A stretch of DNA of 64,000 nucleotides from Dehalococcoidia bacterium (lineage in GTDB: Bacteria; Chloroflexota; Dehalococcoidia; Lucifugimonadales; Australimonadaceae). The DNA is taken from NCBI GenBank assembly GCA_965248495.1, contig CBDFJL010000003.1:1608301-1672300 (forward strand), written 5' to 3'. The notes below the pieces were generated by a model that saw only the letters and a list, made by a program, of their open reading frames with translations, was not told the DNA's origin and did no database searches. Shown piece after piece: positions 35,664 through 44,775 of this stretch; the stretch's first letter is position 1; every line of letters begins with the position of its first letter. The position numbers and the translations under genes were made by a program.

Positions 35664-38534
35664 CTATGGCGCCTGGCCGATGACGTCTCCCGCCTTGAGG
35701 CGCTCCAGGTAGGTGGCGACGGTCTGTGCCGAGATGGCGAATCCCACGCCCTCGATGCTGACGTCGACGAACTTCGCCGACACGATGCCGATCACGCGGC
35801 CCTGAAGGTCCACCAGCGGCCCGCCGCTGTTGCCGGGGTTCACCGCGGCATCCGTCTGGAGCCAGACGATGCTGCGCCCCGGGTCGTTTTTGACGGCCGA
35901 CACGAGGCCCTGGGTGATGGTCAGATCGTCGGTCCCGAGCGGGAAGCCGATGGCGAGCGCAAGGGTACCGAGCCTCGTCTCCACGCCCACGCCCAACTCC
36001 ACGGGCGCCAGGGCGGCCTCCGGCTCGACTTTGAGCACGGCGATGTCGCGGATGAGGTCACGGCCGACCACCGTCGCCTCCAGCTCCGTGCCGTCGTCTA
36101 GCCTCACGGTGATCTCGGCGGCGTCGACGATAACGTGATCGTTGGTTACCACGAGCCCGTCGGCGTCGACGATGAACCCGGAGCCCAGCCCGAGGTCCGT
36201 CTCGATGCGGACGATGGAGCTGCGCACCGCCGCGGTTACGTCGGCGATGGTCAGGTCCACCGGCTGTGTGTCGCTGGACAACTGGAGCACGGCCGCGCTG
36301 ACGGCCACACCCGCGGTCCGAGGGAGCCACCGAGGGTCGATATCGTTGGACTCGTTGTCGGTCAGGCGCTGGACGTCGGTGCCGTCAGCGTCCATGACGT
36401 ACAGCTCTTGGTTTTCGTCCCTGTCGGAATAGAAGACGATCCGGTCGCCGTCGGGCGACCAGGACGGGCTGCGGTCCTCCGCGTCGGTGTCCGTGAGGTT
36501 GACCACGTCCGTCCCGTCGGTGTCCATGGCGTAGATGTCGTCGCTGTCGTCACGGTTCGACGCGAACAGGATCCTGCGGCCATTGGGTGACCACGCCGGG
36601 GACGTATCGTTCTTCGGGTGGTTGGTCAGGCGGCGATCGCCCGTGCCGTCGGCGCGGATGACGTGGATGTGCCCGCGTTCGCCCTCCGGGGTCCAGTCGT
36701 AGACGATGAACGTGCCGTCGGGAGACCAGGCGGGGACGAAGGCGTCGCCATCCGGGTCGTTGAGGAGCCTGGTCGCATTGCCGCCGTCGGCGTCTATGAC
36801 GTAGAGCTCGCGCAGGTCCTGTTCCAGGTCCAAACGCACGAAAGCGATCTTGGTGCCGTCGGGCGACCACGAGGGGTAGATATGGCCGACGGTCGGCTCG
36901 TTCTCGACCAGGACCACGGTCCACGCCTGTTCGTCGTCGGTCAGCACGATGCCGGTGCCGAGGGCGAAGGCATCGTAGGCCAGGCGGCGGCCGTCGGGCG
37001 ACCAGGAGTAGAGGAACTTGCGCGCCGGAGTTGACGTGATGCGCTGAGGGTCCGACCCATCGGCGCTCATGACGTAGATATCGAATTGGTCATCCTCCCG
37101 GTCGGAGAGGAAGGAGATGCGGTCCGGAAGAACGGTGACTTTGGCGGAGGCGCTCTTCGTGACGCCGCCGACGGTGGCCGACACCTCGATCGCGTCCGTG
37201 AACTCACCGGCCTCGTCTCCCGCGGCGAAGAGCCCATCGGCGTCGATACTGCCGCCGTCGCTCGCGGCCCACTGGAGGGGCGTCGATATGCGGTTCCCGA
37301 ACCGGTCGCCCGCCGCTGCCACCAGCTGCTGCGTCATGCCCAGGCCGAGCTTGATACCCGGCGGGCCGACGACAACCTGCGTTAGCTGTCCCGGCGCGAC
37401 CGTCACCGGGGCCACCGCCGTGAGGGTCGTGTCGCCCAGCTTGGCGGTGACCTCTATGCTCGGCCCGTAGGCGCCCGCGGAAGTGGGGGCGGCGAGCGTG
37501 CCGTCAGCGGCCACCGCGATGTCCTGTAGGGTGCTGCGCCAGGTGACCTCAACGTCGGGCAGCGGATTGTCGTCAGCGTCGGTAGCCACCACCTCCAGCG
37601 CCAGCGATTCGCCAGCGACGACGTCGATCGAGGCCGGCTCGATGCGCACTCGCGATAGCGGACCTGGGGCGATGGTGAACTTGGCAACGCCCGTCACGGC
37701 GCCATCGCCGGTCCCGAGGCCCACCATGACCTCGAACGTGCCCGCGACCGGCCCCGCCGTGAGGAGGCCGTCGCCGGTGACCGCGTTGGCATCGCCCTCG
37801 ACCGACCACACGATGGCCTCGCCTTCGACCTGGTTCCCGAACTCGTCGAGAACCTGTGCTTCCAGCCGGAGCTCAGCCCCGATGTCGAGTGAGCCGTCGA
37901 GGCTGGCGACCTCGATGCGTGCCGGCTGCGATGGCGCAATGACGATGTCCGCCGCCGCCGACAGGCCATCCCCCGAGCTCACGGCCGCGATGACCGCGTC
38001 GGCGAACGTCCCCGCCTGGCGGCCTGCCGTGAACAGCCCGGTGGCGTCCACCGTGCCGGCGCTCGATGCCGACCACGTGACGTCGGCGTCGACGGCGTTG
38101 CCGAAGGCGTCGAGCACCTGAGCAGCAAAGCGGTGCTGGGCGCCTGCGGCGATGGGTCCGTTAGCGGACTCGACCGACAGTTCGGCGGCCGGGCCGGGCG
38201 CCACGACGATGAGCCCGGCGCGCGTCGCCGAGTCGGGCCCGGCGCCGGTGGACGCCGTCAGCGTCACGTCATACGTTCCGGCCAACGTATAGCGGTGCGC
38301 GGGGCTCTGCTCGCTCGACGACCCACCGTCACCGAACTCCCAACCCCAGGCCGTAGGCTCGCCGAGCGACGTGTCGGTGAACTGGACGGTGAGTGGCGCC
38401 GCTCCGCTTGTCGGCGATGCGTCGAAGCCGGAGCTTGGGGGCGAGCCGGACGAGCAGGCCGCGAGGGCAAGTGCCGCGAGAGTGAGGACCGCCAGTATCG
38501 GCGCGCGAGCCTTGCCCAACCACCACCTCCCCAA
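35664..38534 (-). CDS. large secreted lipoprotein: PKD domain, ~4 Ig-like repeats, PD40/TolB-type beta-propeller repeats and a C-terminal trypsin-like (S1C) serine protease
   Basis: Lipobox LALAAC. PKD-like segment PLTVQFTDTS...YDVTLT. Four repeats of about 90 aa with AQVLDxFGN cores. Repeated P(S/A)WSPDG...DIY motifs. Protease triad TNDHV / RDIAVLKV / GNSGGPL. I recognised no PDZ domain. Confidence 0.8.
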   Translation of the reverse strand: MGRWWLGKARAPILAVLTLAALALAACSSGSPPSSGFDASPTSGAAPLTVQFTDTSLGEPTAWGWEFGDGGSSSEQSPAHRYTLAGTYDVTLTASTGAGPDSATRAGLIVVAPGPAAELSVESANGPIAAGAQHRFAAQVLDAFGNAVDADVTWSASSAGTVDATGLFTAGRQAGTFADAVIAAVSSGDGLSAAADIVIAPSQPARIEVASLDGSLDIGAELRLEAQVLDEFGNQVEGEAIVWSVEGDANAVTGDGLLTAGPVAGTFEVMVGLGTGDGAVTGVAKFTIAPGPLSRVRIEPASIDVVAGESLALEVVATDADDNPLPDVEVTWRSTLQDIAVAADGTLAAPTSAGAYGPSIEVTAKLGDTTLTAVAPVTVAPGQLTQVVVGPPGIKLGLGMTQQLVAAAGDRFGNRISTPLQWAASDGGSIDADGLFAAGDEAGEFTDAIEVSATVGGVTKSASAKVTVLPDRISFLSDREDDQFDIYVMSADGSDPQRITSTPARKFLYSWSPDGRRLAYDAFALGTGIVLTDDEQAWTVVLVENEPTVGHIYPSWSPDGTKIAFVRLDLEQDLRELYVIDADGGNATRLLNDPDGDAFVPAWSPDGTFIVYDWTPEGERGHIHVIRADGTGDRRLTNHPKNDTSPAWSPNGRRILFASNRDDSDDIYAMDTDGTDVVNLTDTDAEDRSPSWSPDGDRIVFYSDRDENQELYVMDADGTDVQRLTDNESNDIDPRWLPRTAGVAVSAAVLQLSSDTQPVDLTIADVTAAVRSSIVRIETDLGLGSGFIVDADGLVVTNDHVIVDAAEITVRLDDGTELEATVVGRDLIRDIAVLKVEPEAALAPVELGVGVETRLGTLALAIGFPLGTDDLTITQGLVSAVKNDPGRSIVWLQTDAAVNPGNSGGPLVDLQGRVIGIVSAKFVDVSIEGVGFAISAQTVATYLERLKAGDVIGQAP

Positions 38535-38786
38535 GCAAAAACGACCGTCAGCGTACTACACGGCGTGCGGACGCCGGCCTGACGCCGCCGTGCAGGCCAC
38601 GCTGGAGCCGCCGCGAGAAACGCCAACCATGAAACGCGCTCGCACTACGGCGCCCTTGCGGGCATAAGCTCTTAGGCTCTGGAGGTCACGGGCGCGCAAC
38701 GGACTGTCTTCCTGAGCGCGTACCAGAACCGCAAACGGCCCACCCTTGCGGAGCAGACGGAGGACGTTCTTGCCCGGTTCGACGAC

Positions 38787-39005
38787 ATGCTCGCCAGCAG
38801 CAGCATGGTTCGGACCAACGTGGTGTTTTACGACGTCGTCTGCGACCCCAGCGTCAGCGACTCGGAGTTCCACGACGTCGTTATGCCCGCGCTGAGCGTC
38901 TACTACGATGCGTGTGGCGACGCCAAGCCCGCCGTCGGGCCCGCGCGCTTCGCTCGGCTTCTCGGCGGTGCGCTGGTGGAAATGACCATGGTCGCGGCGG
39001 ACTGA
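38787..39005 (+). CDS. RidA/YjgF/L-PSP-like fragment (possibly degraded gene)
   Basis: EQTEDVLARFDDMLASS...VVFYDV...GGALVEMTMVAAD resembles the C-terminal two-thirds of RidA. The frame is open from 38676, but there is no ATG or GTG before 38787. Confidence 0.35.
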   Translation: MLASSSMVRTNVVFYDVVCDPSVSDSEFHDVVMPALSVYYDACGDAKPAVGPARFARLLGGALVEMTMVAAD

Positions 39006-39016
39006 GCCCGACGCGC

Positions 39017-40318
39017 ATGCTGTCGATCTCCAACCGCGTCGCGGAGCGTTCACCCTTCTACTACGGCTGGGTGATTGCAGTCGTGGTTGGGCTCATCAGC
39101 CTCGCCGGCGTCTCGGCCAGCCCGGCGATCCTCGGCATCTTCTTCACGGACATGGCGGACGAGTTCGGATGGTCGCGGACGATGATGTCCGGAAGCATCG
39201 CCGCGGGCACGGTGCTCATCATCCCTGCAGCGCCGTTGTCTGGGCGGCTTGTCGATCGATACGGGCCACGGCCTATTGTGGTTGGCGGCGGCGCAGTCGT
39301 GACGCTCTGTCTGTTCGGCCTGTCGTACACCGACTCCGTGTTCAGCTTCTATGCGCTGCTGAGCATCGGATTCGGAGTGAACGCCGGTATCACGAGGGTC
39401 GCGGTCAACGCCGTCGTCGCCCAATGGTTCGTCCACTACCGTGGCCGGGCGATGGCCGTGATGAGCATGTTCCTGGGTCTCGGTTTCGTGATCATGCCGA
39501 TCTTGGCCGCGCTGGTCATCGACCAGTGGGGCTGGCGAGCAGGGTGGCGTTCTCTGGCCCTGGCAACGTTCTTGGCATCCGTCCCCGCGAGCCAGTTGCT
39601 CCTGCGCCGGCAGCCGTCCGACGTGGGCCAGCTGGTCGACGGCTTGACGAGTGCGACCGCCGCCAGCGCGACCGGCACCCAAGAGTACGTCGACGACGAG
39701 GTCCAGTGGACGTCGCGGGACGCGGTACGCACGGCCGCCTTCTGGATAGTGCTCGTCAGCCTTAGCACCATCGCCATCGCCATCCTAGGGTTGGCGGTCC
39801 ACGTGGTACCCCACCTGGTGGACCAAGGCGTCAGCCTGAGGCTCGCAGCCCTCACGTTCAGCTTCGCGGGCGCCACGATGCTCCTGTCGAGCTTCATGTG
39901 GGGTTGGTTCCTCGACCGCTTCCCTGCTCGGACTGCCTTCCTCGCAGCTTCGGTACTCGTCATCCTCTTTACCCTGCTCGCCATGGTGGCGCGATCGGAG
40001 TGGATGGTGGTGCCGCTGGGGGTGACCATGGGGCTCGGCTTCGGCGGGTTTGGGATGGTACAGCGCACGATCTACGCCAACTACTTTGGCCGGCAGTCCG
40101 CTGGAACGATTCTGGGGTTGGCCGTGCCGTTCATCGCCATCGCGCAGGGCGGCGGTACGTTGATCGCGGGAGCCGCCTACGACCTCTTTGGCGATTACAC
40201 GCAGGTGTTTCTTCTATTCATCGGGCTCATGGTGTTGTCCATGGGCCTCATGTACACCGTGCGTAAGCCGATGAAGCCGGCCACCGTCCAGCCTGGCGTG
40301 GCACACGGGGCGCTATAG
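39017..40318 (+). CDS. MFS transporter (OFA/monocarboxylate-like)
   Basis: About 433 aa from MLSISNR with 12 predicted TM segments. The track ORF from 38912 adds an Arg-rich extension. Confidence 0.8.
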   Translation: MLSISNRVAERSPFYYGWVIAVVVGLISLAGVSASPAILGIFFTDMADEFGWSRTMMSGSIAAGTVLIIPAAPLSGRLVDRYGPRPIVVGGGAVVTLCLFGLSYTDSVFSFYALLSIGFGVNAGITRVAVNAVVAQWFVHYRGRAMAVMSMFLGLGFVIMPILAALVIDQWGWRAGWRSLALATFLASVPASQLLLRRQPSDVGQLVDGLTSATAASATGTQEYVDDEVQWTSRDAVRTAAFWIVLVSLSTIAIAILGLAVHVVPHLVDQGVSLRLAALTFSFAGATMLLSSFMWGWFLDRFPARTAFLAASVLVILFTLLAMVARSEWMVVPLGVTMGLGFGGFGMVQRTIYANYFGRQSAGTILGLAVPFIAIAQGGGTLIAGAAYDLFGDYTQVFLLFIGLMVLSMGLMYTVRKPMKPATVQPGVAHGAL

Positions 40319-40996
40319 CCCGGCCGGGACGTCGATCTCGCGCAGGTCCGGCGCGATGGTCAGCGGGGCCTCGGTCAGCGCTTGCACGGCCTCCGGCGAC
40401 CAGCCGGGCGCGATCTCGCGCAGCGCAAAGCCGTCGGGTGTGACGTCGAAGACCCCCAGCGTGGTCGCGACCCGCTGCACGACTCCTTGCGCGGTGAGCG
40501 GCAGCGAGCACCGGCGCTTCAGCCGTGGCGCGCCATCGCGTGTCGTGTGCTCCATGGCCACGAGGACGCGCTTGGCGCCCACCGCCAGGTCCATGGCGCC
40601 GCCGATGCCGCCGCCTCGGCGCCCGGCGAGCTTCCAGTTGGCCAGGTCGCCGTTCTCCGCGACCTCGTAGGCACCCATGACGGTGACGTCCACGTAGCCC
40701 GCGCGGATGAGCGCGAACGACGTGGCGTGCTCGACGATGGCCATCCCCGGTTGGGCCAGTACGTAGGTACCGCCCGCGTTGACCAGGTGGTAGTCGGCCT
40801 CGTCGGCCGTCGCCTCAGGGCCGTAGCCGATGACGCCGTTCTCCGCATGGAGCGTCACCCGGTTCTCCGGGGCGATGAAATTGGCGCAGAGCGTCGGCAG
40901 GCCGATGCCCAGGTTCACCACCCAACCGTCCTCGAACTCCTGCGCCAGGCGGTAAGCCAGGGCGTTCCTGCTCAGCGGAGCCGGCGTCGAGGTCAT
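40313..40996 (-). CDS. 3-oxoacid CoA-transferase subunit B
   Basis: WVVNLGIGLPT and ENGVIG motifs. ATGA overlap with the subunit A stop. The start MTSTPAP is at 40996. Confidence 0.85.
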   Translation of the reverse strand: MTSTPAPLSRNALAYRLAQEFEDGWVVNLGIGLPTLCANFIAPENRVTLHAENGVIGYGPEATADEADYHLVNAGGTYVLAQPGMAIVEHATSFALIRAGYVDVTVMGAYEVAENGDLANWKLAGRRGGGIGGAMDLAVGAKRVLVAMEHTTRDGAPRLKRRCSLPLTAQGVVQRVATTLGVFDVTPDGFALREIAPGWSPEAVQALTEAPLTIAPDLREIDVPAGL

Positions 40997-41709
40997 GAGC
41001 TGGAGCCCGCCCCGTCCCACAACCCCTCGGGCGCGGGCGGAATCTGAACGATCCGATCGACCACGATGCCCGGTGTGTGTACCGCATCGGGGTCGATCTC
41101 GCCGGGCTCACACACGGGCTCCTCGACCTCGACGATGGTCGTGCGGGCCGCCATGGCCATGATGGGACCGAAGTTTCGCTGCGCCAGGCGGAACTGGAGA
41201 TTCCCCGTGGTGTCGGCGCGGTGCGCTCGGAGCAGCGCGTAGTCGGCGGTCAGTGGGTGTTCGAGCAGGTAGTCGCGGCCGTCGATGGTGCGCTGCTCCT
41301 TGCCCTCCGCCACCTCGGTGCCGACCCCGGTCGGCGTGTAGAACGCGCCAATGCCCGCGCCGCCTGCCCGGATGCGCTCGGCGAGCGTCCCCTGGGGCAT
41401 GAGCTCGGTCTCGATCTCGCCGGCCTCGACGATCCTTTCGAAGGGCAGGCGGCCGTCACCCGAGCGCGCGCTGAACGCGCTTACCATGCGCCGTACACGT
41501 CCGGCCTCGATTAGCGAGCCGGGGTGGACCGCTCCTGAGGCGACGCCGGGGGAGTTGAAGATGCACGTCAGGTCTCTGGCGCCCTGTTCGAGCAGGGCAC
41601 GGATGAGGTTCCGCGGCGTGCCCGGCCCGGTGAACCCCGAGATCATGACGGTCGCGCCGTCGGGGATGTCGGCGACCGCGTCGGCCATTGTCGGAAGGAC
41701 TTTGCTCAT
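40993..41709 (-). CDS. 3-oxoacid CoA-transferase subunit A
   Basis: DGATVMISGFTGPGTPRNLI and ELMPQGTLAERIRAGGAGI are typical of ScoA/AtoD. Confidence 0.85.
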   Translation of the reverse strand: MSKVLPTMADAVADIPDGATVMISGFTGPGTPRNLIRALLEQGARDLTCIFNSPGVASGAVHPGSLIEAGRVRRMVSAFSARSGDGRLPFERIVEAGEIETELMPQGTLAERIRAGGAGIGAFYTPTGVGTEVAEGKEQRTIDGRDYLLEHPLTADYALLRAHRADTTGNLQFRLAQRNFGPIMAMAARTTIVEVEEPVCEPGEIDPDAVHTPGIVVDRIVQIPPAPEGLWDGAGSSS

Positions 41710-41785
41710 GGCTTGCCGTGGCCCCGCCTGGGCGGGCCACGCAGTCTACGCTTCGGTGGGCCCGTGGCGACCGCGCGGGGTCGGG

Positions 41786-43222
41786 CTACGGCTGGACGTT
41801 GAGGACGTCGTCCCGGACGTTGACGACGAAGCGCCAGGTCGCGCCCGCATCGTCGCTGCGGTAGAGGAGGTAGCCGTCGGTCTCGGCGTAGACGACGCTG
41901 GGGTTGGAGGGCGCGAACACGATCTCGCGGAACGGGGCTGGCGCGGTCGCCACCACACTGACGCTCCCGAGGCCGTTGGTCGAGCGGCGCAGCCGGCTCT
42001 GGCTCGCGAACACGACGAGGCTCGAGTTCTGCGGCGACACCGCGATGGGCCCGTTTACCTGATGGATGGCGCTCTGCGACCACGTGGCGCCTGCGTCGCG
42101 CGATACCCAGCCGAAGTAAGTGCCGTCTTCGTTCGCGTACAGCACGTTACCGTCGGCTGAGACGGCGAAGCTGCCGATGGCCTTGGTCCGGAGCTCAGCG
42201 GCAAAGGGGGTCCACGTGACGCCGGCGTCGGTGCTCCTGATGAACCCGACGTTCTGGCTCCGGTCCTCCCAGTTCGTACCGAAGGTGATCAGGGTCGACG
42301 GTTCGTTTGGCACGGTTGTCATGATGATGTAGCCGTTGCGCCCGTCGTTGGGCCCGACCTCGATCCGCTGCCAGTTCTCGCCTCCGTCGACTGTGCGGAA
42401 TATGCCTCCGGGGAAGTAGCCGCTGCCGCCCGTGTAGCTCGGCTCGCCACCCTCTAACCCTGCGATCGCTATGTTGGCATCGGTCGGGTGGAAGCGCACG
42501 GAGGTCACACGCGAGGTGGTGAACCCGCAGTTAAGCCGTGTCCACGACCCACCGCCGTCGGTGCTCTTGTAGAGGCCGGCGTTGACGCGAGGCCCGGCCG
42601 GCGGGCTTGGTGAATCGAGCGTCGCGGCCATCAGGACGGACGGGTCGCTCGGCGCGAAGGCGATATCCCATACCTCTGAGTAGCCTGTGCCTGCGTCGTC
42701 GGTGCCCAGGCCGGCGCGCAGCCGCGTCCACGTCGTACCGCCGTCCGTGGTCCTGACGAAGCCGTTGCGCTCGGTGCCGAGGACCACGATATCGGCATCG
42801 CGCGGGTGAACGGTGAGCGAGCGGAAGACGCTATCGCTGTCCTGTGGGCGGTTTGGCTCCGACGGTCCCGAGACGATTTGCGCGTTGACCGGTTGGCGGC
42901 ACGCCTCGACGGTGGCGGTAGGGGTCGGCACCAGCGTTGGTGTGGGGGCCACGGTCGGTGTCGCAGTCGGCGTTAGGGTCGGCGTCGGTGTCGTAGTCGG
43001 GGTTGGTGCCGCAGCCAGTGTTGACGGCGCCTCGCGTTGCAGGGGCCGCGACGTTGGCGTTGGGCTCGGGTCGACTCCGCGAGTCGGCGTTGGTGCCGCA
43101 GTCGGTGTTGGCGTCGCCTCGCGTTGCAGGGGCTGCGATATCGACGTGGGCGTTGCCGCCCTTGCGCAGCCGGCGACGGCCAGGGCGAGGGCGAAGATCG
43201 CGGCGCGGCGCCAGGTACTCAT
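41786..43222 (-). CDS. BNR/Asp-box repeat beta-propeller lipoprotein (Ycf48/sialidase-like fold)
   Basis: Lipobox LAVAGC and a PT-rich repeated linker. At least 6 Asp-boxes are present: TDGGTTW, TDGGGSW, VDGGENW, TDAGVTW, RDAGATW and DDAGATW. Confidence 0.75.
   Translation of the reverse strand: MSTWRRAAIFALALAVAGCARAATPTSISQPLQREATPTPTAAPTPTRGVDPSPTPTSRPLQREAPSTLAAAPTPTTTPTPTLTPTATPTVAPTPTLVPTPTATVEACRQPVNAQIVSGPSEPNRPQDSDSVFRSLTVHPRDADIVVLGTERNGFVRTTDGGTTWTRLRAGLGTDDAGTGYSEVWDIAFAPSDPSVLMAATLDSPSPPAGPRVNAGLYKSTDGGGSWTRLNCGFTTSRVTSVRFHPTDANIAIAGLEGGEPSYTGGSGYFPGGIFRTVDGGENWQRIEVGPNDGRNGYIIMTTVPNEPSTLITFGTNWEDRSQNVGFIRSTDAGVTWTPFAAELRTKAIGSFAVSADGNVLYANEDGTYFGWVSRDAGATWSQSAIHQVNGPIAVSPQNSSLVVFASQSRLRRSTNGLGSVSVVATAPAPFREIVFAPSNPSVVYAETDGYLLYRSDDAGATWRFVVNVRDDVLNVQP
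43002..43160. repeat. ~87-bp tandem duplication inside the BNR lipoprotein linker
   Basis: The two copies begin at about 43002 and 43089 and share ggtgccgcag..gcctcgcgttgcagggg. They encode PLQREA(T/P)...PTPT twice. Confidence 0.75.
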
Positions 43223-43334
43223 GTGCCAACACTGCCGCGCTCAGGCGCCGCCCACAAGACGGTGCGCCCCCAGATCGGCCACGTGCCAGCCTGCCTAGCA
43301 GGATGCGGGCAGCGGCGGAGCGGACGAAGCGGAC

Positions 43335-43394
43335 CCCTAAGCGAAATGAGGCCCTAGGTGAAATGAGGCCCGAGACGCCCTACGTGAAATGAGG
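43335..43394. repeat. three copies of a 17-nt direct repeat CCCTA[AGC]G[CT]GAAATGAGG
   Basis: Copies lie at 43335-43351 and 43352-43368 (abutting), then a 9-nt spacer, then 43378-43394. The third copy contains the stop codon and last codons of the enolase-family gene. Confidence 0.85.
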
Positions 43395-44588
43395 GTTGAA
43401 TATCTGACCCCCGGCGTCCGCTATGTCGCGAACGATGGAGTGAACGCGCTGGTGCATGATGTACTCCCAGTCCAGCTCCACCCCCAAGCCCGGACCTTGC
43501 GGTACCGGCACGTGCCCGTGCTCGTCGACGTGCTCGAACTCGTCGAGGTAGGCGGGCTCGTAGATGGGAGGTTTTGTCCTCTTGACCTTGGGGTTCAGAA
43601 GGCCAAGCTCGTAGTAGTTCGTGTTGCGGACGGCCGCGATGCAATGGCGGTGCGCCAGGCCTCCGCCGTGGAACTCGACGTCGAGCCCGAAGCCCTCCGC
43701 TGCGTGGGCGACCTTCATGGCGCCGGTGATGCCTCCGTCTTCGTAGGCGCCCGTGCGAACGAAGTCGGTCCCGCCGTTGACGATGAAGTCGACGTGGTGC
43801 TCCAGGCCGAAGACGTGCTCAGCCTGGAGGAGCGGGGTCTTGATCAACTCGCGGAGCTTGCGGTGGCCGAATATCGACACGCCGCCGTCCCGGTAGGGGT
43901 CTTCGAGCCAGAAGAACCGCGCCTCGTCGCACGCACGCCCGACCTTGAGCGCATCGGCCCACGTCACGAGCTCGCACGCCGGGTCGATCATGAGGTCGAT
44001 GTCGTCGCCAACCCGCTTGCGGACCTCGTGGACCGTGGCCGTCTCGCGCGAGACAGGACCCTGCCCCCAACCGTGGATCTTGAAGGCCGGGTACCCCAGC
44101 GACTTCGCCTGCACGGCGAAGTCCGCGTACGCCTCGGGGCTGCTGAGCCCGCCGTTCTCATCGCCGTGATACGTGCTCGCGTAGGCGGGTAGGGAGTCCT
44201 TATAGCCGCCGAGTAGCTGGTAGATCGGGGCGCCGTAGTACTTGCCCGCGAAGTCCCAGAGGGCCACGTCGACCATGGAGATAGCGGTCCGGTCCGTATG
44301 GCGCAGCCCGCGCTTGAGGTCGTTGTAGATTCGCTCGCGCTCAAGCGGGTTCTTGCCCAGCACGTAGTGCGCGACCGTGTCCAGATAGTGGGACGCGCGC
44401 TGGACGTCGCCGGCCGGGTACTCGCCGACGATGCCGATGTCGGTGTGGAGCCGGAAGATGGTCGGGTTGTTCGTGAGGACGCTGCCGGGCTCATACACCT
44501 GATTGAAGCCGGCGTAGTCGGTCCCGAGGTCCTCTATCTTGTGCTCGAACACGACGAGCTCGAGTTTGGTCACCTTCGGCTCGGCCAT
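43380..44588 (-). CDS. enolase-superfamily enzyme (mandelate racemase/muconate lactonizing/acid-sugar dehydratase type)
   Basis: MVDVALWDFAGK, KIHGWG, LMIDPA and WLEDP blocks. ATG 44588 is preceded by GGGAGG. The track ORF to 44924 is an extension. Confidence 0.85.
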   Translation of the reverse strand: MAEPKVTKLELVVFEHKIEDLGTDYAGFNQVYEPGSVLTNNPTIFRLHTDIGIVGEYPAGDVQRASHYLDTVAHYVLGKNPLERERIYNDLKRGLRHTDRTAISMVDVALWDFAGKYYGAPIYQLLGGYKDSLPAYASTYHGDENGGLSSPEAYADFAVQAKSLGYPAFKIHGWGQGPVSRETATVHEVRKRVGDDIDLMIDPACELVTWADALKVGRACDEARFFWLEDPYRDGGVSIFGHRKLRELIKTPLLQAEHVFGLEHHVDFIVNGGTDFVRTGAYEDGGITGAMKVAHAAEGFGLDVEFHGGGLAHRHCIAAVRNTNYYELGLLNPKVKRTKPPIYEPAYLDEFEHVDEHGHVPVPQGPGLGVELDWEYIMHQRVHSIVRDIADAGGQIFNPHFT

Positions 44589-44775
44589 GGTGTGCCTCCC
44601 GCCCCGGATGGCCCGCATGTTAGCAAAGGGGACGAATGCGGGGCGTCTAGCGGGCCCGCCCGACTTTCGTACTACGTATTTGGCGCCGTCCGGTCGTCGC
44701 CGTGTGCCCGATTGACCCGCACGATGGGAGGTAGCAACTCGATCAAGATTCGCATTGGCAAATTGGGGGATAGAC

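Noticed and set aside
38556-39053. 165-aa minus-strand ORF between the protease and the MFS genes
   Set aside because: The opposite strand carries RidA-like sequence with recognisable motifs, whereas this ORF is Arg/Gly-rich with no motif.
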